Shown one piece after another: positions 41,426 through 50,889 of a DNA stretch of 64,000 nt (position 1 is its first letter; the number at the start of each line of letters is the position of its first letter). The stretch is from NCBI GenBank assembly GCA_036675075.1, contig JAKFFM010000039.1, positions 13,010 to 77,009 on the forward strand, in the 5' to 3' direction. A program made the translations under genes and the position numbers. Source of the DNA: Bacteroidota bacterium (GTDB lineage: Bacteria > Bacteroidota > Bacteroidia > JAKFFM01). The notes beneath the pieces were generated by a model. That model was not told the origin of the DNA. It saw nothing but the letters and a program-made list of their open reading frames with translations, and searched no databases.

Positions 41426-42696
41426 CAATTGATCAGGTCAAAGCCAGTGTAATTCTTCAGAATGGATGGAACGCGGATGCCTTGCTCTGTCTGGTTGTTC
41501 TCAAGGATTGACGCAACTATACGTGGCAGAGCCAGTGCACTTCCATTAAGTGTATGAGCGAGCACTGGCTTTTTGTCGCCTTCACGGAAACGAAGCTTCA
41601 GCCTGTTGCTCTGGTAGCTTTCAAAGTTGGATACAGAGCTTACTTCCAGCCATCTTTTCTGAGCAGCTGAATACACTTCCATGTCGTAGGTGAGGGCAGA
41701 GGTGAAGCCCATGTCTCCTCCGCAAAGTCTTAGAACACGGTAAGGCAGTTCAAGTTTTTTTAAAAGGCCTGCAACATATTCACGCATCTGTTCGAGCGCT
41801 TCATAGGATTTATCTGGATGAGCAACCTGTACGATCTCGACTTTGTCAAACTGATGCAGTCTGTTCAGACCACGTACATCCTTTCCGTATGATCCGGCTT
41901 CACGTCGGAAGCAAGGTGTATAAGCAGTGTTCCTGACCGGCAGCTGTTCTGCTTTCAGGATCACGTCACGGTAAATATTGGTTACTGGTACTTCAGCAGT
42001 TGGGATAAGATAGAGGTTGTCAATACCTACATGGTACATCTGGCCTTCCTTGTCAGGTAGCTGTCCTGTGCCAAATCCTGAATCTTCATTCACGAGGATC
42101 GGTGGCTGCACTTCCATGTACCCTTCTGCTGTAGCCTGGTCAAGGAAAAAGTTAATGAGTGCGCGTTGTAATTTTGCTCCTTTTCCTTTGTAAACAGGAA
42201 AGCCTGCCCCGGTAAGCTTTACACCAAGTTCGAAATCGATCAGATCATATTTCGCTGCAAGCTCCCAATGTGGTAAAGCATTTTCAGGAAGGTTTGGGAT
42301 ATCGCCTTCACGGTGTATTGTTTCATTATCTTCTGCTGATCTCCCGGCAGGAACTGTATGATGTGGTGTATTCGGTATCAGGACAAGCGCCTTGTGAAGG
42401 TCATTTTCAAGGACGCTGAGGTTTTCCTGGAGAGTTTTTGACTGTTCTTTGAGATCTGCTGTTTTAGCTTTCAGCTCATTGGCTTCACTTTGTTTCCCGG
42501 ATTTGAAAAGTTCACCGATCTGTTTAGCGAGAGCATTTGAGGCGGCAAGGTTCTCATCAAGGTCATTCTGGGCTTTCCTGCGCTGTACGTCAATCTCCAG
42601 CACCCTGTTAATATGTTCTTCTGCCGGAAAATTTCTTTTTTTCAGGCGTGTGATGACTTCTTCCTTGTTATCGCGGATTGTTTGAATCTGCAGCAT
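41425..42696 (-). CDS. serS: serine--tRNA ligase
   Basis: LIPTAEV, FRREAGSYG, HQFDKVE, EVSSVSN, HTLNGS. Confidence 0.98.
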   Translation of the reverse strand: MLQIQTIRDNKEEVITRLKKRNFPAEEHINRVLEIDVQRRKAQNDLDENLAASNALAKQIGELFKSGKQSEANELKAKTADLKEQSKTLQENLSVLENDLHKALVLIPNTPHHTVPAGRSAEDNETIHREGDIPNLPENALPHWELAAKYDLIDFELGVKLTGAGFPVYKGKGAKLQRALINFFLDQATAEGYMEVQPPILVNEDSGFGTGQLPDKEGQMYHVGIDNLYLIPTAEVPVTNIYRDVILKAEQLPVRNTAYTPCFRREAGSYGKDVRGLNRLHQFDKVEIVQVAHPDKSYEALEQMREYVAGLLKKLELPYRVLRLCGGDMGFTSALTYDMEVYSAAQKRWLEVSSVSNFESYQSNRLKLRFREGDKKPVLAHTLNGSALALPRIVASILENNQTEQGIRVPSILKNYTGFDLIN

Positions 42697-42714
42697 AGTT
42701 CATTATTAGAGCTG

Positions 42715-42722
42715 CAAAAGTA
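42715..42722 (-). promoter_or_regulatory. -7 promoter element (TACTTTTG) for serS operon
   Basis: Exact consensus match 18 nt upstream of ATG. Confidence 0.6.
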
Positions 42723-42794
42723 AGAAACAGGACGATTGGATGAAGCGTAAGCGGAGTAAAGTGTAAAGATTGTGCGGGATGAACCGGATGAAAT

Positions 42795-42824
42795 AAAAAA
42801 GGCTACCTCATGGAGATAGCCTTT
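42795..42824 (-). terminator. intrinsic terminator after rpmA
   Basis: Minus strand AAAGGCTATCTC-CAT-GAGGTAGCCTTTTTT. Confidence 0.8.
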
Positions 42825-42842
42825 CAATGGGTCAGTGATATA

Positions 42843-43106
42843 TTATTCAGCAGTCACAGGTACTACAGATACAAACGATCTGTTAGCCTTAGTCTTCTTG
42901 AAAAGTACAGTACCATCAACAAGAGCGAAAAGAGTATGGTCTTTGCCAATACCTACGTTTTCACCCGGGTGATGAGAGGTACCTCTCTGGCGAACAATAA
43001 TATTTCCAGCTAATGCAACCTGGCCACCATAGATCTTGATGCCAAGGCGTTTACTGTGTGATTCCCTACCGTTTTTGGAGCTACCGGCCCCTTTCTTATG
43101 TGCCAT
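42843..43106 (-). CDS. rpmA: 50S ribosomal protein bL27
   Basis: [33 protein letters not shown]. Confidence 0.98.
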   Translation of the reverse strand: MAHKKGAGSSKNGRESHSKRLGIKIYGGQVALAGNIIVRQRGTSHHPGENVGIGKDHTLFALVDGTVLFKKTKANRSFVSVVPVTAE

Positions 43107-43126
43107 TTCCTAAACTGTTTACCTGA

Positions 43127-43438
43127 TTATAGTGTGATGTTCTCGATCTGGATCTTCGTCATGTACTGACGGTGTCCATTTGATTTCTGGTAACCTTTTC
43201 TTCTTTTCTTCTTGAAAACGATCACCTTATCACCCTTCACATGTGAAAGGATCTTTGCGGAGACTTTAGCTCCTTTTAGCATGGGGGCGCCAACCTGTAC
43301 CTTGTCACCATCTCCTACAAGAAGCACATTTCCGAACTCTACTGAAGAGTTCTCTGCTCCTTCAAGACGATGTACAAAGATCTGCTGGTCTTTAGAGATC
43401 TTGAACTGCTGCCCCGCAATGTCAACGATTGCAAACAT
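43127..43438 (-). CDS. rplU: 50S ribosomal protein bL21
   Basis: MFAIVDIAGQQFK...KVIVFKKKRRKGY..GHRQ; start trimmed from the ORF track's 43525. Confidence 0.97.
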   Translation of the reverse strand: MFAIVDIAGQQFKISKDQQIFVHRLEGAENSSVEFGNVLLVGDGDKVQVGAPMLKGAKVSAKILSHVKGDKVIVFKKKRRKGYQKSNGHRQYMTKIQIENITL

Positions 43439-43499
43439 TTTGTTGTGTTTTAAAACTTTAAACGTTAATACCCAGAAAAACTTTTCCGGGGTTTCAAAA

Positions 43500-44414
43500 T
43501 TAAGCTTTTTTTGGATTCTCCACAATTTTTTGCCGGTTTTCGTCTGAGGATTTCCTGTTTATAAGGAAAATTCCGCCTAAAATCAGTGAAATAGCGAGCA
43601 AATGGATCAGCCCAACCTCTTCATTATCCAGGATCCCCCATCCGAGCGCCACAATAGGGATCAGGTATGTCACGGAGGATGCAAATATCGCGTTTGTATT
43701 CCTGATCAGCATGTTAAAAAGCATCACTGCGCTGGCAGTTCCCACAATGCCCAGGATGGCGATATAACCCAGTGAACTGTATCCCTCAGGACTTGATAGC
43801 CGCAAATGAACATCGGTTGTTAAAAGATACGCTCCTGCAAATGGTGAAGTAAGCATAAATGCCCAGAAGGTAGTCGTGATTGAATTTACTTCGGAAAGGT
43901 GTTTTCTGATCACATTGACGCTGATCCCATAAAAAACCGTTGCCAGTACCACGAGCAGCCCAAACACTGCATCCTCATTAAAGGCAGCCATTCCAGGACC
44001 TATAATAAGCACTGCCGCACCAATGAAGCCCAGGATGATTCCAAGAATATGATTTTTTCTGACGGTCATTCCAAAGAAAAGCATTCCCAGGACTAAGGTA
44101 AATGTGGGTGTCAGCGAATTCAGAAGTCCGGCCAGTGAGCTGGAAACTTTTGTCTCGGCAAGTGTGAAGAGAAACGCAGGAATAAAATTTCCGAATAAGC
44201 CTACGGCAAAAAAGTATTTCAATTTGGAAGGATGCCATTTCCGAAACTGAATGATGCCGAAGGGAAGCAGAAAAAGGCCTGCGATGACCAGTCGTAACGC
44301 GGCGACCTGGTTGCTGTTAAAGGCCACAAGACCTTTTTTCATCAGGATAAATGAGCTTCCCCAGATTAATGCAAGAATGATCAGTAATAAAATGGAAATT
44401 AACCTGGATTTCAA
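43500..44414 (-). CDS. DMT/EamA family transporter
   Basis: LALIWGSSF, about 10 TM segments in two EamA repeats, VTYLIP. Confidence 0.92.
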   Translation of the reverse strand: MKSRLISILLLIILALIWGSSFILMKKGLVAFNSNQVAALRLVIAGLFLLPFGIIQFRKWHPSKLKYFFAVGLFGNFIPAFLFTLAETKVSSSLAGLLNSLTPTFTLVLGMLFFGMTVRKNHILGIILGFIGAAVLIIGPGMAAFNEDAVFGLLVVLATVFYGISVNVIRKHLSEVNSITTTFWAFMLTSPFAGAYLLTTDVHLRLSSPEGYSSLGYIAILGIVGTASAVMLFNMLIRNTNAIFASSVTYLIPIVALGWGILDNEEVGLIHLLAISLILGGIFLINRKSSDENRQKIVENPKKA

Positions 44415-44466
44415 TTCCTGCGCTTTTGACTCTAAATTTACAGCTTCAAATCCTACTAACTATACT

Positions 44467-44682
44467 ATGTCTATAATAACTGAAAACATAAAAGTCACCG
44501 GCATGACGTGCGGCCACTGCCAAAAATTTGTAAGCAATGTGATCAATGCGATTCCAGGTGTAACCGGAAGTGAAGTATCTCTTCAGGATCATGTTGCAAC
44601 GATCACCTATGATTCTGATAAAACCAGCCGTGACCAGATCGTGAAAGCAGTCAACGAAACTCAAACTTACCACGCAGAATAA
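44467..44682 (+). CDS. heavy-metal-associated (CopZ-like) chaperone
   Basis: GMTCGHC motif in a 71-aa HMA domain; start trimmed to ATG 44467. Confidence 0.9.
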   Translation: MSIITENIKVTGMTCGHCQKFVSNVINAIPGVTGSEVSLQDHVATITYDSDKTSRDQIVKAVNETQTYHAE

Positions 44683-46107
44683 ATGAGCCAGGCGATCTAC
44701 GAGATTTATGCAGGTGGTAAGTTCATTAAAACAAAGGATGTTCTTGATGTCACAGATCCATACACATCTCGTGTTTTCGCCAAAACATTTCTTGCTGGAA
44801 AAAGAGAACTCGAACAATCGGTAAAAGCGGCTCAGTTAGTTAGAAAAGAACTTGCTGCATTGCCGGCATTCAGGCGATACGAGATACTTTCTTACATTTC
44901 TCAGGAGATCAGTAAGCATCGTGAAAGGCTTGCTTCTGTTTTATGTATGGAGTCTGCAAAGCCCATGAGATACGCACTTGCGGAGATCGACAGGGCTGCA
45001 CAAACCTTCCTTGTTGCTGCTGAGGAGAGCAAAAGACTGCCATCTGAATACATCTCGCTCGACTGGACTCCTGCCGGAGAGAGGAAAGAAGGCCTGGTAA
45101 AATATTTTCCATCGGGCATCATTGCAGGCATCTCTCCGTTCAACTTCCCTATGAACCTTGCAGTACATAAGATTGCACCTGCTATTGCTTCTGGTTGTCC
45201 GATTATTCTGAAGCCTGCAAGCGCCACTCCATTGTCAACTCTGGAGCTTGCAAAGATCATTGACTCATCAGATCTTCCGAAGGGCGCTGTATCCATACTT
45301 CCCATGAATCGGGAGAATGGTCAGTTGCTGGTCACTGATGAGAGGTTCAGTCTATTATCCTTCACTGGCTCTGTACCTGTTGGCTGGAAAATGAAAGAGC
45401 AGTCTGGTAAGAAACGTGTTGTACTAGAGCTGGGAGGTAATGCTGCTGTGATCGTTGCCAGCTCTGCTGATCTGGAGCATGCTCTTAAAAAGTGCATCGT
45501 ATCTGCTTTTGCCTATTCAGGCCAGATCTGCATTCATGCGCAACGTTTTTATGTGCATGATTCGCTCTATAAGAAATTCGTAAAGGAAATGGTTCGTCTT
45601 GCAAAGAAGTTAAGGTATGGTGAACCCCAGGATCCGTCGACCGAAATTTCAAGCATGATCGACCTGGAAAACGCGAAACGCACCGAGCGCTGGGTGAATG
45701 AGGCCGTTAAGAAAGGAGCAAAGTTGTTATGCGGTGGAAAAAGGGAAGGTACATTCTATCATCCTACCATCCTCACGGATACAAAAAGCTCAATGAAGGT
45801 TTGTGCGGAAGAAGTGTTTGCACCTGTGATCACGATCGAATCATTTTCTGATTTTGAAGATGCGATAAGGATGACAAATGAAACTCGCTTCGGTCTGCAG
45901 GCATCTGTTTTTACGAATGATACCGATGAGCTTGATAAAGCATTCAGCATGATCGAGTCGGGGAGTGTGATCCATAATGATTCTCCATCCTTCAGGGTTG
46001 ATCATATGCCTTACGGTGGTGTAAAGGATTCAGGATTCGGAAGGGAAGGCGTGAAGTATGCGATACTTGATATGATGGAAGCAAGGATCCTTGTTAGATC
46101 CATGTAA
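44683..46107 (+). CDS. aldehyde dehydrogenase family protein
   Basis: PFNFP, LKPA, FTGS, LELGGN, GQIC, EEVFAP, PYGGVKDSG. Confidence 0.95.
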   Translation: MSQAIYEIYAGGKFIKTKDVLDVTDPYTSRVFAKTFLAGKRELEQSVKAAQLVRKELAALPAFRRYEILSYISQEISKHRERLASVLCMESAKPMRYALAEIDRAAQTFLVAAEESKRLPSEYISLDWTPAGERKEGLVKYFPSGIIAGISPFNFPMNLAVHKIAPAIASGCPIILKPASATPLSTLELAKIIDSSDLPKGAVSILPMNRENGQLLVTDERFSLLSFTGSVPVGWKMKEQSGKKRVVLELGGNAAVIVASSADLEHALKKCIVSAFAYSGQICIHAQRFYVHDSLYKKFVKEMVRLAKKLRYGEPQDPSTEISSMIDLENAKRTERWVNEAVKKGAKLLCGGKREGTFYHPTILTDTKSSMKVCAEEVFAPVITIESFSDFEDAIRMTNETRFGLQASVFTNDTDELDKAFSMIESGSVIHNDSPSFRVDHMPYGGVKDSGFGREGVKYAILDMMEARILVRSM

Positions 46108-46135
46108 GAAAAATAGCACTCAGGCTGAAATAGAA

Positions 46136-46747
46136 CTATCCTTTGAACTGTGGCTCGGTCGTTAAGGTGTTCTTTTTCTTTTTGACATGAATGTTAAATC
46201 CTAATCCGAAAGAGAAACGGAATTCATTCATTGGCATATTCAGATAATAACTGCGATGCTTACCATGGATGTATCTTGCCTCTGCTGTCAGATGGAAATA
46301 CTTTGTCGCGTAAAAGTTAATTCCCGCATTTCCTGAGATCAATGGATCTACGGAGTTTAGCCTTTTATCATTTTCCAGATTGATGCCTTCAACTTTTGAA
46401 AATGTGAATCCTGGTTCAAAGCTTACAAAAGGATCGAACTTTCTTTCACGGGTAAAATGATAAGAGAGACCTGCAAACAACGAATGATTGTATTTGAACA
46501 TGCTGAAAAAGTCATTGTCTGAAACATTGTAGTAGCCAGTACCTCTCACTGAAACATGTTCATTAAGGTAATATTCCAGATCACCTTCAATGTAAACAGG
46601 TTTGAGCGGATAGTTTAGAACGATGCCCGGACTGATTGCAGCTTTTGCCCTGATCTGTCCATCCTTAATGAAAGGATCCTGCGCAATGGCCTGATTGAAC
46701 ATACATGCAAAAATGATCAGGAAAGAAAGTGATATACAGTTTCTCAT
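46136..46747 (-). CDS. putative small outer-membrane beta-barrel protein
   Basis: Signal peptide, alternating beta pattern, FSFGLGFN near the C-terminus. Confidence 0.65.
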   Translation of the reverse strand: MRNCISLSFLIIFACMFNQAIAQDPFIKDGQIRAKAAISPGIVLNYPLKPVYIEGDLEYYLNEHVSVRGTGYYNVSDNDFFSMFKYNHSLFAGLSYHFTRERKFDPFVSFEPGFTFSKVEGINLENDKRLNSVDPLISGNAGINFYATKYFHLTAEARYIHGKHRSYYLNMPMNEFRFSFGLGFNIHVKKKKNTLTTEPQFKG

Positions 46748-46753
46748 AGTGGT

Positions 46754-47386
46754 TTACCAGAGATCAGCAAGCTGAACATTTACGCTGAGTGAAATAAAAA
46801 GATGTCCTTCAAGTCCAAGGTCTCCTTCATAAATCCGAAGGTCATCATCTCCTGCTGTGTTTTTATATTCTTCTGTGTTGATGTCTTTCCCAAGATGAAG
46901 CATGTACTGCGTTGATAAAGAAAGGTCCGCTTTTTTGCCAATCGGAAAATGTGTTCCAGCACCAAGATGAACTGCTGAGCTCCATCTGTCAAGCATGTCA
47001 TTTGAATAATGTTTTGCAACCTTGGTGTAATCGAAGCAATGACCGGCAAGCAGGTAGGGGTTAAGAATATAGCTCTTGTCCTGGTCAAGGGTGTAGAACA
47101 TCACCGACCATCCTATATGCGCATCCGTTCTTCGGGCAAATTCTCCAATGTCTGACTTTATATAATCTGCAAACCATTCTGTATTGACCTGCTTCAAAAG
47201 CCTGATCCGGAACTGGCCGCCTGCACCAATGCCTGAGCTTGATTCATCACTGAACGCGCTGATGGTGCTTCTCATACCAAGCATCAGTTTACCGCCTTCC
47301 GTTTCTTTGTCCGGAAGTACCTCCTGGGCTGTCGCAATAGATAAAAAGATCATGGACATGATCCCCGTCAAGAGCAGCTTTTTCAT
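46754..47386 (-). CDS. putative small outer-membrane beta-barrel protein
   Basis: Signal peptide (ATA/Q), GGQFRIRL, PYLLAG, terminal aromatic W. Confidence 0.65.
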   Translation of the reverse strand: MKKLLLTGIMSMIFLSIATAQEVLPDKETEGGKLMLGMRSTISAFSDESSSGIGAGGQFRIRLLKQVNTEWFADYIKSDIGEFARRTDAHIGWSVMFYTLDQDKSYILNPYLLAGHCFDYTKVAKHYSNDMLDRWSSAVHLGAGTHFPIGKKADLSLSTQYMLHLGKDINTEEYKNTAGDDDLRIYEGDLGLEGHLFISLSVNVQLADLW

Positions 47387-47522
47387 AAAGCGTGTTTAGA
47401 TACCCATGAAACGGGTATTGGATTTTTCTTATTGCGAAAGTTAATAACTCTACCCGAATGCAAAGATTGATTGCATGAAAATCATGTTCGTTGTATTCTA
47501 AAAATTACTGTCCTTTGCAGGA

Positions 47523-48488
47523 ATGAATGTTCAAGACGATAAAGGTTTTTTCAAGCTCGCAGTATGGTGCCTTGTCTTTACATACCTAGTCATCATCGCC
47601 GGAGCTGTTGTAAGGGCAACGGGTTCAGGTATGGGATGTCCTGACTGGCCGAAATGTTTTGGTAAATGGATTCCACCTACTGATGTCTCAGAGCTTCCTG
47701 CAAATTACCAGGAGATCTATAAACACAGAGGGTATTCTGACACTTCATTTAATGTATATCACACCTGGACAGAGTATGTGAACAGGCTTTGTGGAGCGAC
47801 ACTTGGTGTTCTTCTGATCTTCCTTTCCTTCCGTTCATTGAAGTTTCGCAAATCCAACAGAACGGTTACCATACTGTCTTTTTTCATCCTTTTCCTCACC
47901 ATGTTCCAGGGCTGGTTGGGTGCAAAAGTGGTTTACTCAAACCTTTCACCATACAAGATCACTGTCCATATGCTCATTGCTTTGGTGATACTTTACCTTG
48001 TGATCTTCCTTCTGACACTGATCCGAAGTGGAAAGGACATTATCAGGATCAGTAAGCCAGTTCAGTTCTGGGGATACGTCCTGCTTGCCCTGATCCTTAT
48101 TCAGGTCCTTTTTGGAACACAGGTGAGGGAAGAGGTCGATGAGATCAATGCAAGAATGAGTGGCATGGAACGCGAAACATGGGTTGATCAGCTGGGGATC
48201 TTTTTCTATATCCACAGATCCTATTCAATCGTGCTCCTTGGATTCACGTTGTTCTTTATGTTGAAAGTGATCAGGGCAACCGGATTAAAACTTGAATACA
48301 AAGTAGCTGTGATCGTGCTGATGTCGCTGATCGTTCTTGAAGCTCTTACGGGAGTGATCCTGAGCTATTTCGGATTACCGGGGCTCATTCAGCCGGTGCA
48401 TCTCGTACTGGCCGCTGTGATATTCGGATACCTCAGCTTTCTTTTGTTATTCCCCGGAATCACTTCCAGCGAAAGCTTGTCAGAATAG
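47523..48488 (+). CDS. ctaA: heme A synthase (COX15/CtaA family)
   Basis: GAVVRATGSGMGCPDWPKC, WTEYVNR, His residues in TM helices. Confidence 0.9.
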   Translation: MNVQDDKGFFKLAVWCLVFTYLVIIAGAVVRATGSGMGCPDWPKCFGKWIPPTDVSELPANYQEIYKHRGYSDTSFNVYHTWTEYVNRLCGATLGVLLIFLSFRSLKFRKSNRTVTILSFFILFLTMFQGWLGAKVVYSNLSPYKITVHMLIALVILYLVIFLLTLIRSGKDIIRISKPVQFWGYVLLALILIQVLFGTQVREEVDEINARMSGMERETWVDQLGIFFYIHRSYSIVLLGFTLFFMLKVIRATGLKLEYKVAVIVLMSLIVLEALTGVILSYFGLPGLIQPVHLVLAAVIFGYLSFLLLFPGITSSESLSE

Positions 48489-49026
48489 TATCGATATCAG
48501 CCATTACAAATTCCTGGACAGGAGCAATGGAATCAAAGTTTGGAGATGCATTGAAATATAATGCGCCTCTCACGAAATGGTTTGTGCTGTCAGTTAGGTA
48601 GAACTGTACCGATGATGCTGCATTCCCCGCAATTTCATAAATAAGTCCGTTTACATTTTTGCCAGGAGACATGAATAGTGTTTCGTCGATGGCGTTTGCT
48701 TTTACACTGTGCTTGAATGCCAGAGCCCTTGAATCTTCTATATGTTTAGAAAGATCATCGTGAAGTGAATAATAGCTCAGGTGGATCGTGCCTTTGAATT
48801 TCGGAAATTCAATATTGAACCAGCAGGATTCTTTCTGTGATCCGGCATAAGGAACAACAACGGAATATACCGGATGTCTGAAGGTAAACGGGCAATCACT
48901 TTTAAATTCCTTATATGATTTTACCGGAAGATCAATTCTGAAATAACCTTTAGGCTTGGGAATGGAATCTCCTCCACAGGATACCATGATCATTGCAATG
49001 AATATGAACAAAATCCTAGTTGTCAT
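48460..49026 (-). CDS. gldD: gliding motility lipoprotein GldD
   Basis: Lipobox, PKPKGYFRIDLP, GNAASSVQFYLTDS..HFVRGALYF. Confidence 0.94.
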   Translation of the reverse strand: MTTRILFIFIAMIMVSCGGDSIPKPKGYFRIDLPVKSYKEFKSDCPFTFRHPVYSVVVPYAGSQKESCWFNIEFPKFKGTIHLSYYSLHDDLSKHIEDSRALAFKHSVKANAIDETLFMSPGKNVNGLIYEIAGNAASSVQFYLTDSTNHFVRGALYFNASPNFDSIAPVQEFVMADIDTILTSFRWK

Positions 49027-50347
49027 TTCCTTCTTCCACAGTTTTATTGATCGTCAGCTTTACACGTTTAATCCTTCTGCCATCAGCGGATTCGATCTTG
49101 AATTCATAGTCATTGAACTTCACCCGTTCATTCTTTCTGGGTATCCTTCCGGTAAGTTCAAGGATAAAGCCAGCAAGTGTATCTGAATCGCCTCTTGATT
49201 CTTCGAATTCTGTCTCGTCAATATCCAGAACCCTGAACATATCATTCAACAGGATCTTTCCTTCGAAAACATAATTGTTATCATCCAGCTTGGAGTAGGT
49301 GATGTCTTCATCATCAAATTCATCGGAGATATCTCCAACGATCTCTTCAAGGATATCTTCAAGTGTAACTAGCCCGGATGTCCCGCCATATTCATCCACC
49401 ACTATAGCGAGGTGGATCTTTTTGTGCTGGAATTCTTTCAGAAGGTCATCCAGCTTTTTTGTTTCAGGAACAAAGAATGCCGGATTGATAAGCTCCTGCC
49501 ATTTAAAATCTGCGGGCTTATTCATGTGTTCAAGAAGATCTTTCACGAACAGCACGCCTTCAATGTGATCAAGTGTTTCCCTGTACACAGGGATCCTTGA
49601 GTAACCAGCTTCGATCAGGTCTTTAAGCACCTTGTCGAATGTGGATGAATATTCAAAAGCGGTCACGTCAACACGTGATCTCATGATCTCACTGACTTCA
49701 GTGGTTCCGAATTTCACGATGCCTTCAAGGATCTTCTGTTCCTGTTCGTTGTTTCGGGAAGGTGAGGTAAGCTCCAGTGCATGTGAGAGCTGATCCACGG
49801 ATATATATTGACCTCGTTTCTTGATCCTTTTGTCAATCACCGAGGTCGATGCCATGAGTACAGCGCTTAATGGAGTGGCAATCGTCTGCAGGATATTCAC
49901 CGGCACCACCATGAATTTAGCCACTTTTACAGGATGCTGTGTGGAGTAGATCTTTGGGATCACTTCTGCAACAAGCAAGATCAGGAAGGTCACCACGATC
50001 ACCTGTACAATGAAATCGATAACAGGATCGCCGAAATTGAGAAGTTCCTCGCTGATAACCGTAGAGAGAACAACAACACCGATATTCAGAAAGTTGACCC
50101 AGATCAGCAGTGTGGCAAGAAGCTTTTTAGGCCTTTCAAGCAGCTGCATTACTTTGCCTGCATTTTGTGATTTATCTGATTTTAATTCAGAGAGGTCCGC
50201 TGGCTCAAGTGAAAAGTAAGCTACCTCTGCAGCAGATAAAAGCGAAGAGCACAATAGTAGTATGATGATTACCAGCAGGCTTAAAATGACTCCTGGTTCA
50301 AGAAGCGTTGATGCGAAGAGGTATGTCAGATTCGGGTCGGGGTCCAC
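49016..50347 (-). CDS. gldE: gliding motility-associated CBS/CorC-family protein GldE
   Basis: DUF21 TM region, YSRIPVY, VVDEYGGTSGLVTLEDILEEIVG; lies between ssb and gldD. Confidence 0.92.
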   Translation of the reverse strand: MDPDPNLTYLFASTLLEPGVILSLLVIIILLLCSSLLSAAEVAYFSLEPADLSELKSDKSQNAGKVMQLLERPKKLLATLLIWVNFLNIGVVVLSTVISEELLNFGDPVIDFIVQVIVVTFLILLVAEVIPKIYSTQHPVKVAKFMVVPVNILQTIATPLSAVLMASTSVIDKRIKKRGQYISVDQLSHALELTSPSRNNEQEQKILEGIVKFGTTEVSEIMRSRVDVTAFEYSSTFDKVLKDLIEAGYSRIPVYRETLDHIEGVLFVKDLLEHMNKPADFKWQELINPAFFVPETKKLDDLLKEFQHKKIHLAIVVDEYGGTSGLVTLEDILEEIVGDISDEFDDEDITYSKLDDNNYVFEGKILLNDMFRVLDIDETEFEESRGDSDTLAGFILELTGRIPRKNERVKFNDYEFKIESADGRRIKRVKLTINKTVEEGNDN

Positions 50348-50363
50348 GTATTAAGGACTTAAA

Positions 50364-50834
50364 TTAAAAGGGAAGGTCTTCAGGTTCTGAAGATATTGGT
50401 GAACCTGTCGATTCAGGATATGTTGCCGGTGCAGACTGGCTGTTCTGTGTAAATGATGGAGCCTGCGTCTGCTGTTGCTGTTGCGGGGATTGATTGTCAT
50501 CGCGCTTACCGCCAAGCATGGTCATTGTTTCTCCAACGATCTCTGTCTTGTATTTTTTAGTGCCATCCTTGTCTTCCCAGGAGCTTGTCCTGATCTTACC
50601 TTCAAGGTAGATGCTCATTCCTTTGCGCAGGTATTTTTCTGCGATTTCAGCAAGGCCTCTCCATAAAACAACATTATGCCATTCGGTTTGTTCGATACGG
50701 TTCCCGGTCTTGTCTTTATAGAATTCAGTTGTAGCAAGCGTAAAATTGGCAACTACAGCTCCTCCTTCAAGATGTCTTATTTCAGGATCTCTGCCGAGGT
50801 TTCCAACCAGAATGACTTTGTTAACGCCTGCCAT
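50364..50834 (-). CDS. ssb: single-stranded DNA-binding protein
   Basis: VNKVILVGNLGRDPE, TEWH, acidic tail EDLPF. Confidence 0.98.
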   Translation of the reverse strand: MAGVNKVILVGNLGRDPEIRHLEGGAVVANFTLATTEFYKDKTGNRIEQTEWHNVVLWRGLAEIAEKYLRKGMSIYLEGKIRTSSWEDKDGTKKYKTEIVGETMTMLGGKRDDNQSPQQQQQTQAPSFTQNSQSAPATYPESTGSPISSEPEDLPF

Positions 50835-50870
50835 AGGATAATATATGAATGCTTAAAAATGAGAGTAACT

Positions 50871-50878
50871 CAAAAGTA
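50871..50878 (-). promoter_or_regulatory. -7 promoter element (TACTTTTG) for ssb
   Basis: Exact consensus match. Confidence 0.55.
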
Positions 50879-50889
50879 GCAAAAATCCG

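Noticed and set aside
43439-43525. N-terminal extension of bL21
   Set aside because: Overlaps the EamA gene end and a hairpin at 43471-43491; the conserved start is MFAIV at 43438
44251-44466. N-terminal extension of the HMA ORF
   Set aside because: Mostly antisense to the EamA gene; the HMA domain starts at ATG 44467
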